DNA from: Chiloscyllium plagiosum
Lineage: Eukaryota
Length of the DNA stretch: 20,000 nucleotides
Direction of reading: 5' to 3'
Assembly (NCBI RefSeq): GCF_004010195.1
Contig: NC_057749.1
Coordinates: 10,285,500-10,305,499 of the forward strand
Made by a program: the position numbers and the translations under genes. Below the pieces are notes generated by a model. That model was not told the origin of the DNA. It worked only from the letters and a program-made list of their open reading frames with translations, and did not search any database. Shown here in pieces: positions 9,036 to 19,171 of the stretch (the stretch's first letter is position 1; each line of letters begins with the position of its first letter).

Positions 9036-9550
9036 NNNNNNNNNNNNNNNNNNNNNNNNNNNNNNNNNNNNNNNNNNNNNNNNNNNNNNNNNNNNNNNNN
9101 NNNNNNNNNNNNNNNNNNNNNNNNNNNNNNNNNNNNNNNNNNNNNNNNNNNNNNNNNNNNNNNNNNNNNNNNNNNNNNNNNNNNNNNNNNNNNNNNNNNN
9201 NNNNNNNNNNNNNNNNNNNNNNNNNNNNNNNNNNNNNNNNNNNNNNNNNNNNNNNNNNNNNNNNNNNNNNNNNNNNNNNNNNNNNNNNNNNNNNNNNNNN
9301 NNNNNNNNNNNNNNNNNNNNNNNNNNNNNNNNNNNNNNNNNNNNNNNNNNNNNNNNNNNNNNNNNNNNNNNNNNNNNNNNNNNNNNNNNNNNNNNNNNNN
9401 NNNNNNNNNNNNNNNNNNNNNNNNNNNNNNNNNNNNNNNNNNNNNNNNNNNNNNNNNNNNNNNNNNNNNNNNNNNNNNNNNNNNNNNNNNNNNNNNNNNN
9501 NNNNNNNNNNNNNNNNNNNNNNNNNNNNNNNNNNNNNNNNNNNNNNNNNN
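9036..9550. other. Assembly gap (515 N)
   Basis: Run of n directly visible. Confidence 1.
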
Positions 9551-10024
9551 GGTGCCCATTCATCCGTTGGCATAGCCTTTGCTCAGTTTCCCCAATGTAC
9601 CATGCCTCCGGGCATCCCTGCCTGCAACGTATAAGATAGACAATGTTGGCTGAGTCACATGAGTACCTGCCATGTACAAGGTGGGAGGTGTCCCCACGTG
9701 TAATGGTGGTATCTATGTCCACACTCTGACACGTCTTGCAGCATCTACCGTGACAGGATTGTATGGAGTTGTCCTGAGAGCTGGGCAGTTTGCTACGAAC
9801 AATTATCTGTTTGAGGTTTGGCGGTTGTTTAAAGGCAAGTAGTGGAGGTGTGGGGAAGGTCTTGGTGAGGTGCTCATCCTCATTGATAATGTGTTGCAGG
9901 TCACAAAGAACATGGCGTAGTTTTTCAGCTCCTGGGAAATACTGAACAACGAAATCATTATATGTGTTGATCTTTCCACACTCTATACTACGGAGATCAC
10001 AGAGGATGGTGTAAGACAAGAAGT

Positions 10025-10872
10025 AGCCTACTGCCTTTATTGGTTAGGGAACTGAGTTCAAGAGTCAGGATGTCATGTTGCAACTTTATAAGATTTTGGT
10101 TAGATTAGATTAGATTCCCTACAGTGCCCGAAACAGGCCCTTCAGCCCAACCAGTACACACCGACCCTCCGAAGAGTAACCCACCCAGACCTATTTCCCT
10201 CTTACCAATGCACCTAGCACTATGAGCAATTTAGCATGGCCAATTCACCTGACCTGTACATCTTTGGACTGTGGGAGGAAACCGGAGCAAACTCCGCACA
10301 GACAGTCGCCTGAGGCTGGAATTGAACCTGGGACCCTGATGCTGTGAGGCAGCAGTGCTAACCACTGAGCCACCGTGCCGCCCCTTAGACTACACTTACA
10401 TTACTGGGAGGATGTGGATGCTTTGGAGAGGGTACAGAAGAGGTGTACCAGGATGCTGCCTGGATTAGAGCTATAAGGAGAGCTAGAAAAACTCAGTTTA
10501 TTTTCTCTGGAGCGACCAAGGGGAGACTTGATAGAAGTTTGTAAAATGATGAGATGCATAGATAGTCAGAACCTTTTTCCCATGTTGAAATGTCTAAATC
10601 TAAGGGACATGCATTAAGGTGAGAGGGGGAAAATACAAAGGAGATGAGAGGGACAAGTGTTTTACACAGAGTGGTAGGAGTCTGCAATATGCTGCCAGGG
10701 GTGGTGGAGGAGGCAGGTACGATAGGTTTGTTAAGGGACTTTTAGATAAGCACATGAATATGCAAGATGGAGGGATATGGATCAAGGACAGGAAGGGGGA
10801 ATAATCTAATTTGGTATCAGTTTTGGCACAACATCGTGTACCAATGGACCCTTTCCTGTGCTGTACTGTTTA
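10025..10872 (+). mobile_element. Degraded CR1 LINE 3' fragment interrupted by an HE1 SINE
   Basis: gtcatgttgcaactttataagattttggttaga|...|ctacactt (VMLQLYK.LVR.HL), gatgtggatgctttggagagggtacagaagagg, tail cctttcctgtgctgtactgtt. Confidence 0.8.
10105..10384 (-). mobile_element. HE1 SINE, internally deleted, TSD TTAGA
   Basis: Reverse complement of the 1397-1726 family. TTAGA at 10100-10104 and 10385-10389. Confidence 0.88.
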
Positions 10873-10917
10873 TAATATTGCTTACTATTATCGCTCATTT
10901 GTTCCAATTCTTTGTTC

Positions 10918-11889
10918 CTTTTTCATCAATTATATAAAAGATTTGGATGGGAACATAGGAGCTATAGTTAGTAAGTTTGCAGATGACATCAAAGTTGGAG
11001 ATGTAGTGGACAGCGAAGAGGGTTACCTCAGATTACAATGGGGATCTTGATCAGATGGGCCAATGGGCTTAGGAGTGGCAGATGGAGTTTAATTCAGATA
11101 AATGTGAGGTGCTGCATTTTGGAAAAGCAAATCAGGGCAGGACTTATACACTTAATGGTAAGGTCCTGGGGAGTGTTGCTGAACAAAGAGACCTTTGGAT
11201 GCAAGTTCATAGTTCCTTGAAAGTAGAGTTGCAGGTTGACAGGATTGTGAAGAAAGTGTTTGGTATGCTTGCCTTTATTAGTCATTTAATTGAGTATAGG
11301 AGTTGGGAGGTCATGTTGAGGCTGTGCAGGACATTGGTTAGACCACTTTTGGAATACTGTGTGCAGTTCTGGTCTCCTTGCTGTAGAAAGGATGTTGTGA
11401 AACTTGAAACGGTTCAAAAAAGATATACAGGAATGTTGCTAGGTTTGGAGGGCTTGTGCTATAGCGAGAGGCTGAATAGACTGAGGCTATTTTCTCTGGA
11501 GCATTGGAGACTGAGGGGTGACCTTGTAGAGGTTTATAAGACCTTGAGGGGTATGGATAGGGTAAATAAACAAGGTCTTTTCCCTGGGGTGGGAGAGTCC
11601 AAAATTCGAGAGCAGAGGTTTAAGGTGAGAGGAGAAAGATTTAAGAGGGACATAAGGGGCAATATTTTCATGCAGAGGGTGATGTTGTATGGAATGAGCT
11701 GCCAGAGGAAGTGGTGGAGGCTGGTACAATTGCAACATTTAAAAGGCATCTGGATGGGATAGGAAGGGTTTGGAGAGATATGGGCCAAATACTGGCAAAT
11801 GAAATTAGATTAATTTAGGATATCTGTTTGACATGGACAAGTCAGATCGAAGGGTCTGTTTCCATGCTGTACAACTGTATGACTCCAAT
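10918..11889 (+). mobile_element. CR1 (HER1-like) LINE 3' fragment, RT C-terminal part
   Basis: YIKDLD...SKFADDIKVG (RT catalytic FADD). ORF 11082-11762 reads FNSDKCEVLHFG...LVRPLLEYCVQFWSP...RLRGDLVEVYK. 3' tail gggtctgtttccatgctgtacaactgtatgact. Confidence 0.93.
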
Positions 11890-12435
11890 CACTGTATGTT
11901 TGTAATCTCGGTGACTTTGGACTTACCTTTTACTCTCCCTTTGTAAAATTAGTTAATCATGTGGGAATTCAGAACTTAAGTATTACTGAAAAAGGCCACA
12001 TTTTGTCACAGCTTCTTGTCTTGCACTCATCAGGACACTTTCTAAGAATACCAGTTCAAGGAGCAACAATATTTTGTCCATATGAGAGTGCAGCATTTAC
12101 TTCACATGCAGCATTGATGTCATTTCCACTCGACACTGGCTTGCTTTTTTGCAAATTGTTCTGGATGCAAGCCAAAAAGCTTTAACAAAACTTACATTCA
12201 TTGAATAAAATGAGACGAATGAAGACAAAGTGAGATGGAGAGGAGCAGTGGGTGCCATACTACACTGTAGAGGGAATGCTTTCAACCTTTGTGAAGAGAA
12301 TAAGAGTTTTTTTCATTCTAATGCTGCCATGCAGCTCAGTGGTCAGTGCTATGGAGACCAAGTCAACAGTTCCTGAGTTCAGTCTGCAATCCAGCAACTT
12401 GGGGACAAAGTTAGATTGATAGTAACTGCAGCTAA

Positions 12436-12610
12436 CCATAAGACCATATGATGTAGAAGCAGAAGACGTCCATTCAACCCATCGAGGCTGCTCCACCATT
12501 TAATGCGATCATTGGCTAACCTGAGAATCCTCAACTTCACTTCCCTACCTTTTTCCCATATTGTTGATTCCCTCACTAATTAAAAAAATCTATCTATCTC
12601 AGACTTGAAT
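12436..12610 (-). mobile_element. CR1 LINE 3' tail fragment
   Basis: ccataagaccatatgatgtagaagcagaagacgtccattcaacccatcgaggctgctccaccatttaat resembles 15345-15420. Confidence 0.65.
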
Positions 12611-12686
12611 GTGAAGCTGGGGTGAAATATTGGGAGACTTAATACATGCTAAATATTCAGGTGGTCAGGAAATCTTGATGCTGATA

Positions 12687-13032
12687 GGGTGGTGTGATGG
12701 CTCAGTGGTTAGCACTGCTCCACACAGCGCTAGGGACCTGGGTTCAATTCCACTCTCAGGCGACTGTCTGTGTGGGGCTTGTACATTCTCCCCATGTCTG
12801 TGTGGGTTTCCTCTCGGTGCTCTGGTTTCCTCCCACAGTCTGAAGATGTGCAGGTTAGGATGGATTGGCCATGCTAAATTGCCTATGGTGTCCAGGGATG
12901 TGTGGGTTAGGTGGATTGGCCATGGGAAATATAGGAGAATAGCATTTGGAGAGTGGGTCTGAGTGGGGTGCTCTTCGGAGGGTTGGTGTGGACTCAGTGG
13001 GCCGAATGGCCTGGTTCCATACTATAAGACTG
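12687..13032 (+). mobile_element. HE1-type SINE, older subfamily (CpG-decayed)
   Basis: tggctcagtggttagcactgct, gggttcaattcc, V-domain core, and a duplicated ggttagg(a/g)tggattggccatg block. Confidence 0.88.
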
Positions 13033-13132
13033 TGAACAGAAAGAGAGTTATCTAAAACCCACAATCAACAATGTAATGTCGAGTAATTTTCAGAAACAAT
13101 GGTTTATTAACAAATTGTGCAACTGTGTTCAG

Positions 13133-13299
13133 ACTACATGTACGGGCCGCAGAGATTCTCTCGATCTGATCTGATGGCTCTCACCATCCATCGTGCCCGG
13201 GATAATGGTCTCCCAACGTTTAACACTGTGAGACGCGCCTTCCAACTTGCACCAATTAACAACTGGACTGACCTTCAGCCCACAGCCGAGAAACAGGAG
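13133..13299 (+). CDS. DUOX: DUOX coding exon, 167 bp, phase 1->0
   Basis: gtgttcag|AC TAC ATG...CAG GAG|gttagt. Translates (D)YMYGPQRFSRSDLMALTIHRARDNGLPTFNTVRRAFQLAPINNWTDLQPTAEKQE; cf. DUOX GP..FSRTD....IQRGRD.GLP. Confidence 0.95.
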
Positions 13300-13520
13300 G
13301 TTAGTTCATTTCACAGTGATGCCCCCCCAAACTCATGGTACCACTTTGACAACGGCGCTTTGTGGGTGCTGAGAAACCTGAAACAGAAGCAAAACAGTCT
13401 GGTCGTTCCTATTCAGGTCGGGGAGCCTCTGTTCAGAGACAAATGGGGTTATCTTTGCAGGTCTGTACACTTCCATCAGAAGCAGAGGGCTCTTGCTTCA
13501 TGTAACCTGGCCAATAAAGA

Positions 13521-13749
13521 AAAACTGAAAGGACTGCAGATGCTGTAAATCAGAAACCAAAACAGGAGTTGCAGGAAAAGCTCAGCAGGTCTGGCAGCGT
13601 CTGTGAAGAGAAATCAGTGTGAACATTTCGGGTCAGCGGAGTTCTGATGAAGGGCCAGCAGACCTGAAACGTTAACTCTGATTTCTCTTCATAGATGCTG
13701 CCAGACCCCTGCTGAGCTTTTCCAACAACCCCTTTTTTGTTTATGTCCT
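13521..13749. mobile_element. Palindromic PLE-derived element with hammerhead motif
   Basis: Inverted arms ~13558-13634 and ~13661-13738. Probable TSD cc(a/t)ataaaga at 13511-13520 and 13747-13756. Confidence 0.8.
13637..13680 (+). ncRNA. Minimal type I hammerhead ribozyme motif (stem II partly mismatched)
   Basis: cggaguu-CUGAUGA-a-GGGCC-agca-GACCU-GAAA-cg-UU|aacucug. 7-bp stem I and intact core at 13644-13650 and 13666-13669. Predicted cleavage after U13673. Confidence 0.65.
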
Positions 13750-13771
13750 ATAAAGACCTCCTTAAGGGTCA

Positions 13772-14000
13772 GGGCCAAGTGCTGTTCAGTTGGCTGAGCC
13801 ATTGGTTTGCAATGCAGTCTTGCACAAACAGCGTGGGTTCAATTCCTCCATTGGTTATGAAGGTCCCACTTTCTCAACCTCTCCCCTCACCTGAGGTGTG
13901 GTGACCCCCAGATTAAAGCACCACCAGTCGTCTTCCTCTTCCTCTCTTTAATGCGAGAACAGCCCTGTGGTCTGGTAAGACTATGGTGACTTTACCTTTG
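13772..14000 (+). mobile_element. tRNA-head SINE of a third family
   Basis: Box-like ttcagttggctg and gggttcaattcc; body tcaacctctcccctcacctgaggtgtggtgacc...gagaacagccct; tail gactatggtgactttaccttt. Second copy at ~19565-19735. Confidence 0.65.
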
Positions 14001-14178
14001 ACTGGTGTAGGCTTAGTGTAGATTTGGTGATACAGACTCAGTGGGCCGAAAAGCCTTTTCTGTGTTGTATATTTCTATGTGGCTTGTTGTAAGATTATTT
14101 TTGATAACATCTTTGTACTTTGGGATAATTCTACTCTGTTAAAGGTGCTATGTAAATGCAAGCTGTTCTGTGCAGAGT

Positions 14179-14369
14179 CAAAAAGTGTGGTGCTGGAAAA
14201 GCACAGCCAGTCAGGCAGCATCTGAGGAGCAGGGCAGTCAACGTTTTGGACATAAATTAGGTCTCGCACATCGACTCTCCTGCTCCTCAGATGCTGCCTG
14301 ACTGGCTGTGCTTTTCCAACACCACACGGTTTGACTCTGATCTCCAGCAGCTGCAGTCATCACTTTCTC
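14179..14369. mobile_element. Palindromic PLE-derived element, central hammerhead region degraded
   Basis: Inverted arms ~14173-14237 and ~14270-14339, plus a ~30-bp tail. TSD-like ctgttctgtgcagagt 14163-14178 / ctgctctgggcagagt 14370-14385 (2 mismatches). Confidence 0.75.
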
Positions 14370-14510
14370 CTGCTCTGGGCAGAGTTCCTATTAGCACACT
14401 GGCGAGAAATTAGGAAAGAATTGGAATTGATGCTGTGCAATTTTTTTTTTACTCATTCCAAATTGCTGAAACGCTTGGGTTTGGCTCATTTCCTTTTCAC
14501 TGTGCCACAG

Positions 14511-14683
14511 CTCTTCAGTAAGTTGGCCCAGGAATATGGCGACATATCTGAGCTCGAATTGTGGCCAGGTGGACTGCTGGAGAGTGATGGGGCGCCAGGA
14601 GAACTCTTTACTCAAATCATCGTCGAGCAGTTCCAACGCATACGAGACGGAGACAGATACTGGTTCGAAAATCATCAGAATGG
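14511..14683 (+). CDS. DUOX: DUOX coding exon, 173 bp, phase 0->2
   Basis: gccacag|CTC TTC AGT...CAG AAT GG|gtatga. Translates [57 protein letters not shown](G), containing the hallmark [10 protein letters not shown]. Confidence 0.97.
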
Positions 14684-14740
14684 GTATGAGCTCTCTACTG
14701 CCAACACTTGCATTGTTGCTTACTTGCTGCAACAAAAGCA

Positions 14741-14847
14741 CAGAGTCATAGAGATGTACAGCATGGAAACACTCCCTTCGGTCCAACCCGTCCATGCTGA
14801 CCAGATATCCCAACCCAATCTAGTCCCACCTGCCAGCACCCAGCCCA
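14741..14847 (-). mobile_element. CR1/HER1-like 3' tail fragment
   Basis: agagtcatagagatgtacagcatggaaacactcccttcggtccaacccgtccatgc is near-identical to 19798-19900. Confidence 0.85.
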
Positions 14848-15341
14848 GGAATTCTGTTGCATGGTGTTGTTTAGAGTTTATGTAGGGGAAAAGAAAATCC
14901 CTGCTGTTTGAAATGACTGAACTCTGTTTGCTTTCGGAGTCAGTCTCTGGAAGTGAAGGGCGAGATCTGCTCCAAACGTTGCCACAAGGGCTCCCTAACG
15001 CAGGCTGTGGAAGGCAAGGCAAACGAAATGAGGAGGTTAGATAGCTATCTCTGCACAGCGACCATCGAAAGTACGTTACAGACCAGACTGAATACTTTAA
15101 AATGTTTTTTGGCAATTTGACAGGCATTGTAAGGATTACTTGATGGAGGCGAGATGGGAGGATCTGGAGCGTGTCCAGTTAACTGATGAAGGGAGGATTA
15201 TCGTCAACTCCCTGCAAGAACTCAATCAACCACAGCTGACTCTAGTGATTGTTTTGTTCTTTTTAACCTGTCCCGGACTGATAGCTTCCTCCATTGCTCC
15301 ATTTCCAATTCACTCATTCATTGCCTGTCAGTCCCAATTAT

Positions 15342-15992
15342 AAGAAGAACATCAGAAACAGGAGCAGGAGTAGGCCATCTGGCCCCCCCTCCAGCCTGCT
15401 CCACCATTCAATAAGATTGTGGCTGATCTTTTCATGACCTCAGCTCCACTTACCTGCCCGCTTACCATATCCCTTAGTTCCTTTACTGTTCAAAAATCTA
15501 TCTTTGTCTGAAAAATTAAACGAGCTAGCCTCAACTGGGCAGGGAATTCCACAGATTCACAACCCTTTGGGTGAAGAGGTTCCTCCTTAACTCAGTCCTA
15601 AATCTGCGCCCCCTTATTTTGAGGCTATGCCCCCTAGTTCTAGTATCACCTGCCAGTGTTTCAACCTCCCTGCCTCTACCTTATCTATTCCTTTCATAAT
15701 TTTAAGTTTCTATAAATTCGTCCCCAANACCCCCCCCCCCGGCATTCTTCCAAATTCCAATGGGTATAGTCCCAGTCTATGCAGTCTCTCCTCATAAGTC
15801 AACCCTCTGAACTCCAGAATCAACCTAGTGAACCTCCTCTGCAACCCCAGTGCATCCTTTCCCAAAGAAGCCCACAACTGCACGCAGCACTCCAGGTGTG
15901 GCCTCACCAGCTGCAACATAACCTCCTTAAACTCCATCCCTCTAGCAATGAAAGACAATATTCCATTTGCCTTCTTAATTACAGCCTGTGTT
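15342..15992 (-). mobile_element. CR1 LINE 3' fragment
   Basis: Minus ORF reads IKKANGILSFIARGMEFKEVMLQLVRPHLECCVQLWA...QRRFTRLI...YEERLHRLGLYPLEF. Tail agatggcctactcctgctcctgtttct. Confidence 0.88.
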
Positions 15993-16160
15993 CTCATTTA
16001 GTCTTTGTCTGTCACCTTGGAGTGTTTTGGCTGGTATGTTGGTGAAACTGAAAATGAGCAGAGGCTAATAATGAGCAGAATCACAATGGTCCCCAAATGC
16101 ACATGATATGTGGTTTCATTAACAACTGTACATGAACGCTGAACGTGACGGTCATTGACA

Positions 16161-16456
16161 GGGGCGGCACAGTGGCTCTGTGGTTAGCACTGCTGCCTCA
16201 CAGTACCAGGGACCCAGGTTCGATTCCAGCCTCTGTCTGTGTAGCATTTGCACATTCTCCCCGTGTTTGCGTGGGAGAATGGCTTTCCTCCCACAGTCCA
16301 AAGATGTGCAGGTCAGGTGAATTGGCCATTCAAAATTGCCCATAGTGTTAGGTACATTAGTCAGAGAGAAATGGGTCTTGGTGGGTTACTCTTCAGACGA
16401 TCGGTGTGGACTTGTTGGGCCGAAGGGCCTGTTTCCACACTGTAGGGAATCTAATC
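16161..16456 (+). mobile_element. HE1 SINE
   Basis: ggggcggcacagtggctctgtggttagcactgctgcctcac...gggcctgtttccacactgtagggaatctaatc. Confidence 0.9.
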
Positions 16457-16569
16457 AAAACATGGATGCCTCTCCTTTGTGTCACTGTCCAATTTCACCC
16501 CATAAACTCTCCCATTGCTTACTGGAATGAGTGATCCACAGGACTCACAATGTGAATCTATCCAGTTTG

Positions 16570-16820
16570 AGACCAGGTAATCTTAACACATTTCAACCGG
16601 TTAATAAATATAGACCAGATAACACATACAGACCAGTTAATATATATAGACCAGTTAATAAATATAACCCAGTTAACACATATAGATCAGTTAACACAAT
16701 TTGCCAGTTAATATATAGATAGATCAGGTAACACATATAGACCAGTTAATAGACTAGGTAACACATATATATACAGTTAATATATATAGACCAAGTATCA
16801 CATATAGACGAGTTAACACA
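16570..16820. repeat. Degenerate ~18-bp minisatellite (consensus AGACCAGTTAAYAYATAT), about 14 units
   Basis: Visible tandem units agaccagataacacatac, agaccagttaatatatat, agaccagttaataaatat, agatcaggtaacacatat, etc. Confidence 0.85.
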
Positions 16821-17147
16821 GCTGGAAAGCTGTGTTTTGTTTAGGGCAAAAGGCACTACATAAATTTTCTTTCCTCCTGCTTTACCTTAGATGTTTCTTC
16901 TACTGTTTCAGTGTTTTGGACCTTAATAACGCAAACGAAATAGCACAGATAATATTGCACATTTCGAAAGCTGGGGGCCAGCATTGTGCTGGGGAGGTGA
17001 CGGTCATTGTACAAAGCTTCATTAACCTTTCCAGCCAATGCTGAATCCAGTGTCACTATTTTGTTACCAGCAAAGCTATTCTCTTGATCTCACTACATTA
17101 GCAGCAGCAAAGGCCAATGAACTTGTCATCCCATGTTCCTTGTCCAT

Positions 17148-17575
17148 GTTCATTCATGGGATATGGGCATCATTGGCTGGGCCAGCATTTATTGCCTGTT
17201 ACTAACAGCTCTGGAGAAGGGGAGGGAAACTTGCAGACGGTGGTGTTTCTCATCTGCTGCCCTTCTTCCAGACATAATGTTTATTAAAGGTGCTGTCAAA
17301 GGAGCCTTGGTGAGTCGATGCAGTAGATGGTACACACTGAGGCCAAATTGCGTCAGTGGGAAATGGAGTGAATGTAGTCCAAACAAGGGAGCTGCTTTGT
17401 CCCAAATGGTAACAAGCTCCTTCAATGTTATTGGAACAACACTTATTCAGGAAAAAGGAGAGTATTCCGTCACACTCCTGACTCATGGACAGACACTGGG
17501 AAGGCAGGAAGTGACTGCAGAATTCCGAGCCTCTGACCTGTTGTTGTAGCCACAATAGGTATATATCTAAGGGCA
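17148..17575 (-). mobile_element. Degraded copy of the 4460-5165 LINE family
   Basis: ttcattcatgggatatgggcatcattggctgggccagcatttattgcc is the reverse complement of the family tail. ctctgacctgttgttgtagccaca matches aagctacaagagcaggtcagagg. Confidence 0.7.
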
Positions 17576-17799
17576 CAGCCTGATGGAAGGCTGGGATAAT
17601 TATTTTGCATACAAAGTCAAATTCAAGCTTATTTAAGCCCCAGTCCAGACAGTGGTGCAAAATATCCAGGCTGACCCTCCAGTGAATAGTAATCCTGGGC
17701 AGTCAATCCAGTCAGATAAGATGCTCAACCACATCTCTTTTATTTTCATGTGTGTGGCTTCACTAGATCTACTCAAAACTTTTGCTTAAATAAAACATC

Positions 17800-18455
17800 A
17801 TATTTGGAACATAGGCATCATTGGCAGAGCTGAAATGTATTGCCTTTGAGAAAGAGATGGTGAGCTATCATTTGGAGGCCTCCAGCTACATCACTATGGG
17901 TCTGGAGGCACATGTAGGCTAAGTCAGGTAAGGATAGCAGAGGCCTTCCCTAAAGGACATTAGTGAACTAGATGTTCTATTTTTAAAAACAACAATCTTA
18001 CAGTTAATAGAATCCCTACAGTGTGGAAGCAAGTCATTCAAGTTCATGTCAGCCCCTCTGAAGAGAATCCTAGCCAGACCCACCCACCCCCCCCCTACCC
18101 TCAAAGTCTGCATTTCTCATGGCCACTTCACACATCCCTGGACACGACGGGCAATTTAGCCTGACTAATCCACTTAGCCTGCACATCTTTAGACTGTGGG
18201 AGGAAACCATAGCACCTGGAGAAAACCCACATGGACACAGGGAGAATGAGCAAAATCCACGCAGACAGTCACCTGAGGATGGGATTGAACCCATCAGTGC
18301 TAACCACTGAGCCACCGTAGCGCCCCAATAGTTAAATAGCTCCCAATACTAGCACCTGCCTTTTTAATTCCAGATTTATTTACTTAAGTATACTTGAACA
18401 CTGCCGTGGAATTTGACTTCATGCCAAATGGATTATTAGGTCATGTTTACTAATC
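17800..18455 (-). mobile_element. Degraded copy of the 6304-6810 SINE, interrupted by HE1
   Basis: ggtctggaggcacatgtaggctaagtcaggtaaggatagcaga..ttccctaaaggacattagtgaa and ttaattccagattt are reverse complements of parts of 6545-6720. Boundaries approximate. Confidence 0.6.
18011..18326 (-). mobile_element. HE1-type SINE (same subfamily as 12687-13032), TSD-like AATAG
   Basis: aatccctacagtgtggaagc...agactgtgggaggaaacc...gtgctaaccactgagccaccgtagcgcccc. aatag at 18006-18010 and 18327-18331. Confidence 0.85.
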
Positions 18456-18561
18456 CTAAAACCTGGCCATTTTGTCAACATGCCTGTGTAATTCGAAAAG
18501 ATTTTGAGCTGTGATAATGGTAAGTTCACTGGCATTTCTTTTTGTGTGTGTTTCAATTTAG

Positions 18562-18680
18562 ATTATTTACAGCTGAGGAAGTCGATAGCATTCGAAATAT
18601 TACCTTCTTTGATGTCCTGGTGAAAGCCTTAAACACAACAGAGAATGAAATTCAGAAGGATGTGTTTGTACGGAAAGATG
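18562..18680 (+). CDS. DUOX: DUOX coding exon, 119 bp, phase 2->1
   Basis: caatttag|A TTA TTT ACA...AAA GAT G|gtgagt. Translates (G)LFTAEEVDSIRNITFFDVLVKALNTTENEIQKDVFVRKD(G); cf. DUOX LFSKKEIEDIRNTTLRDVL...Q.NVFVW. Confidence 0.95.
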
Positions 18681-18879
18681 GTGAGTTAAATTGTCACAAT
18701 CCAAGTTAGGGTTGTTTGCAGTTTGTTTGGTGACACATTCTGTGCTTTAGCATGGCTTGGAGTTTAACAATTTCAAACACCAGTCAACAGTATGCATTTT
18801 TTAATCATGTTACACCAATAAAACTGGCAGGTGATATGTACGACAGGAGCAAATTACTGCTGGTACTGGAATGTGTACT

Positions 18880-18970
18880 GAAAACGAAAGCTGCTGGAGA
18901 TCACAGCAGGTCAGACAGCATCCACAGGAGAGAGAGCAGGCTAACATTTTGAGTCTAGATGATGAAGAGT
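18880..18970. mobile_element. PLE-derived palindrome arm remnant
   Basis: gctgctggagatcacagcaggtcagacagcatccacaggagagagagcaggctaacattttgagtc resembles the arms at 13570-13635 and 14190-14245. Confidence 0.5.
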
Positions 18971-19171
18971 GGGATAAATCCGTCCGATTCAATTTGTATA
19001 CTTCAAATTGGAGCTTCGATATGACCAGTACATTTATTTCCCAGTATTACTGGTTAATTTTACTGGCTTTTGCCTTTGGGTTATCTCATTATTGTTTGTA
19101 GGAACGTACTATGCACAAATTGGCTGTTACATTCCTGACAAAACAGTGAATGCACTTCAGAAATTACTTGG

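Larger units (their letters stand above)
8795..9954 (-). mobile_element. 5'-truncated Penelope-like element encoding a GIY-YIG endonuclease; 12-bp TSD
   Basis: Minus-strand frame 9954->9551 reads ...PLLAFKQPPNLKQIIVRSKL...CHGRCCKTC...CDSANIVYLIRCRQGCPEAWYIGETEQRLCQRMNGH: a GIY-YIG variant (VYL/YIG) with an upstream Cys cluster as in Neptune-group PLEs. TSD tcattatatgtg at 8783-8794 and 9955-9966. Spans the N gap. Confidence 0.9.

Noticed and set aside
8990..9639. Long poly-X ORFs
   Set aside because: Artefacts of the N gap. Only the 9551-9954 minus frame is meaningful.
11082..11762. 226-aa ORF as a host gene or active LINE
   Set aside because: Frameshifted, 5'-truncated CR1 ORF2 fragment.
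14885..15340. Non-repetitive stretch with short ORFs as a hidden exon or conserved element
   Set aside because: No recognisable homology. The flanking DUOX exons already join in frame with the expected continuity.
16570..16820. CRISPR-like array or repeat protein
   Set aside because: No unique spacers, eukaryotic intron context, and no splice or homology support for coding.
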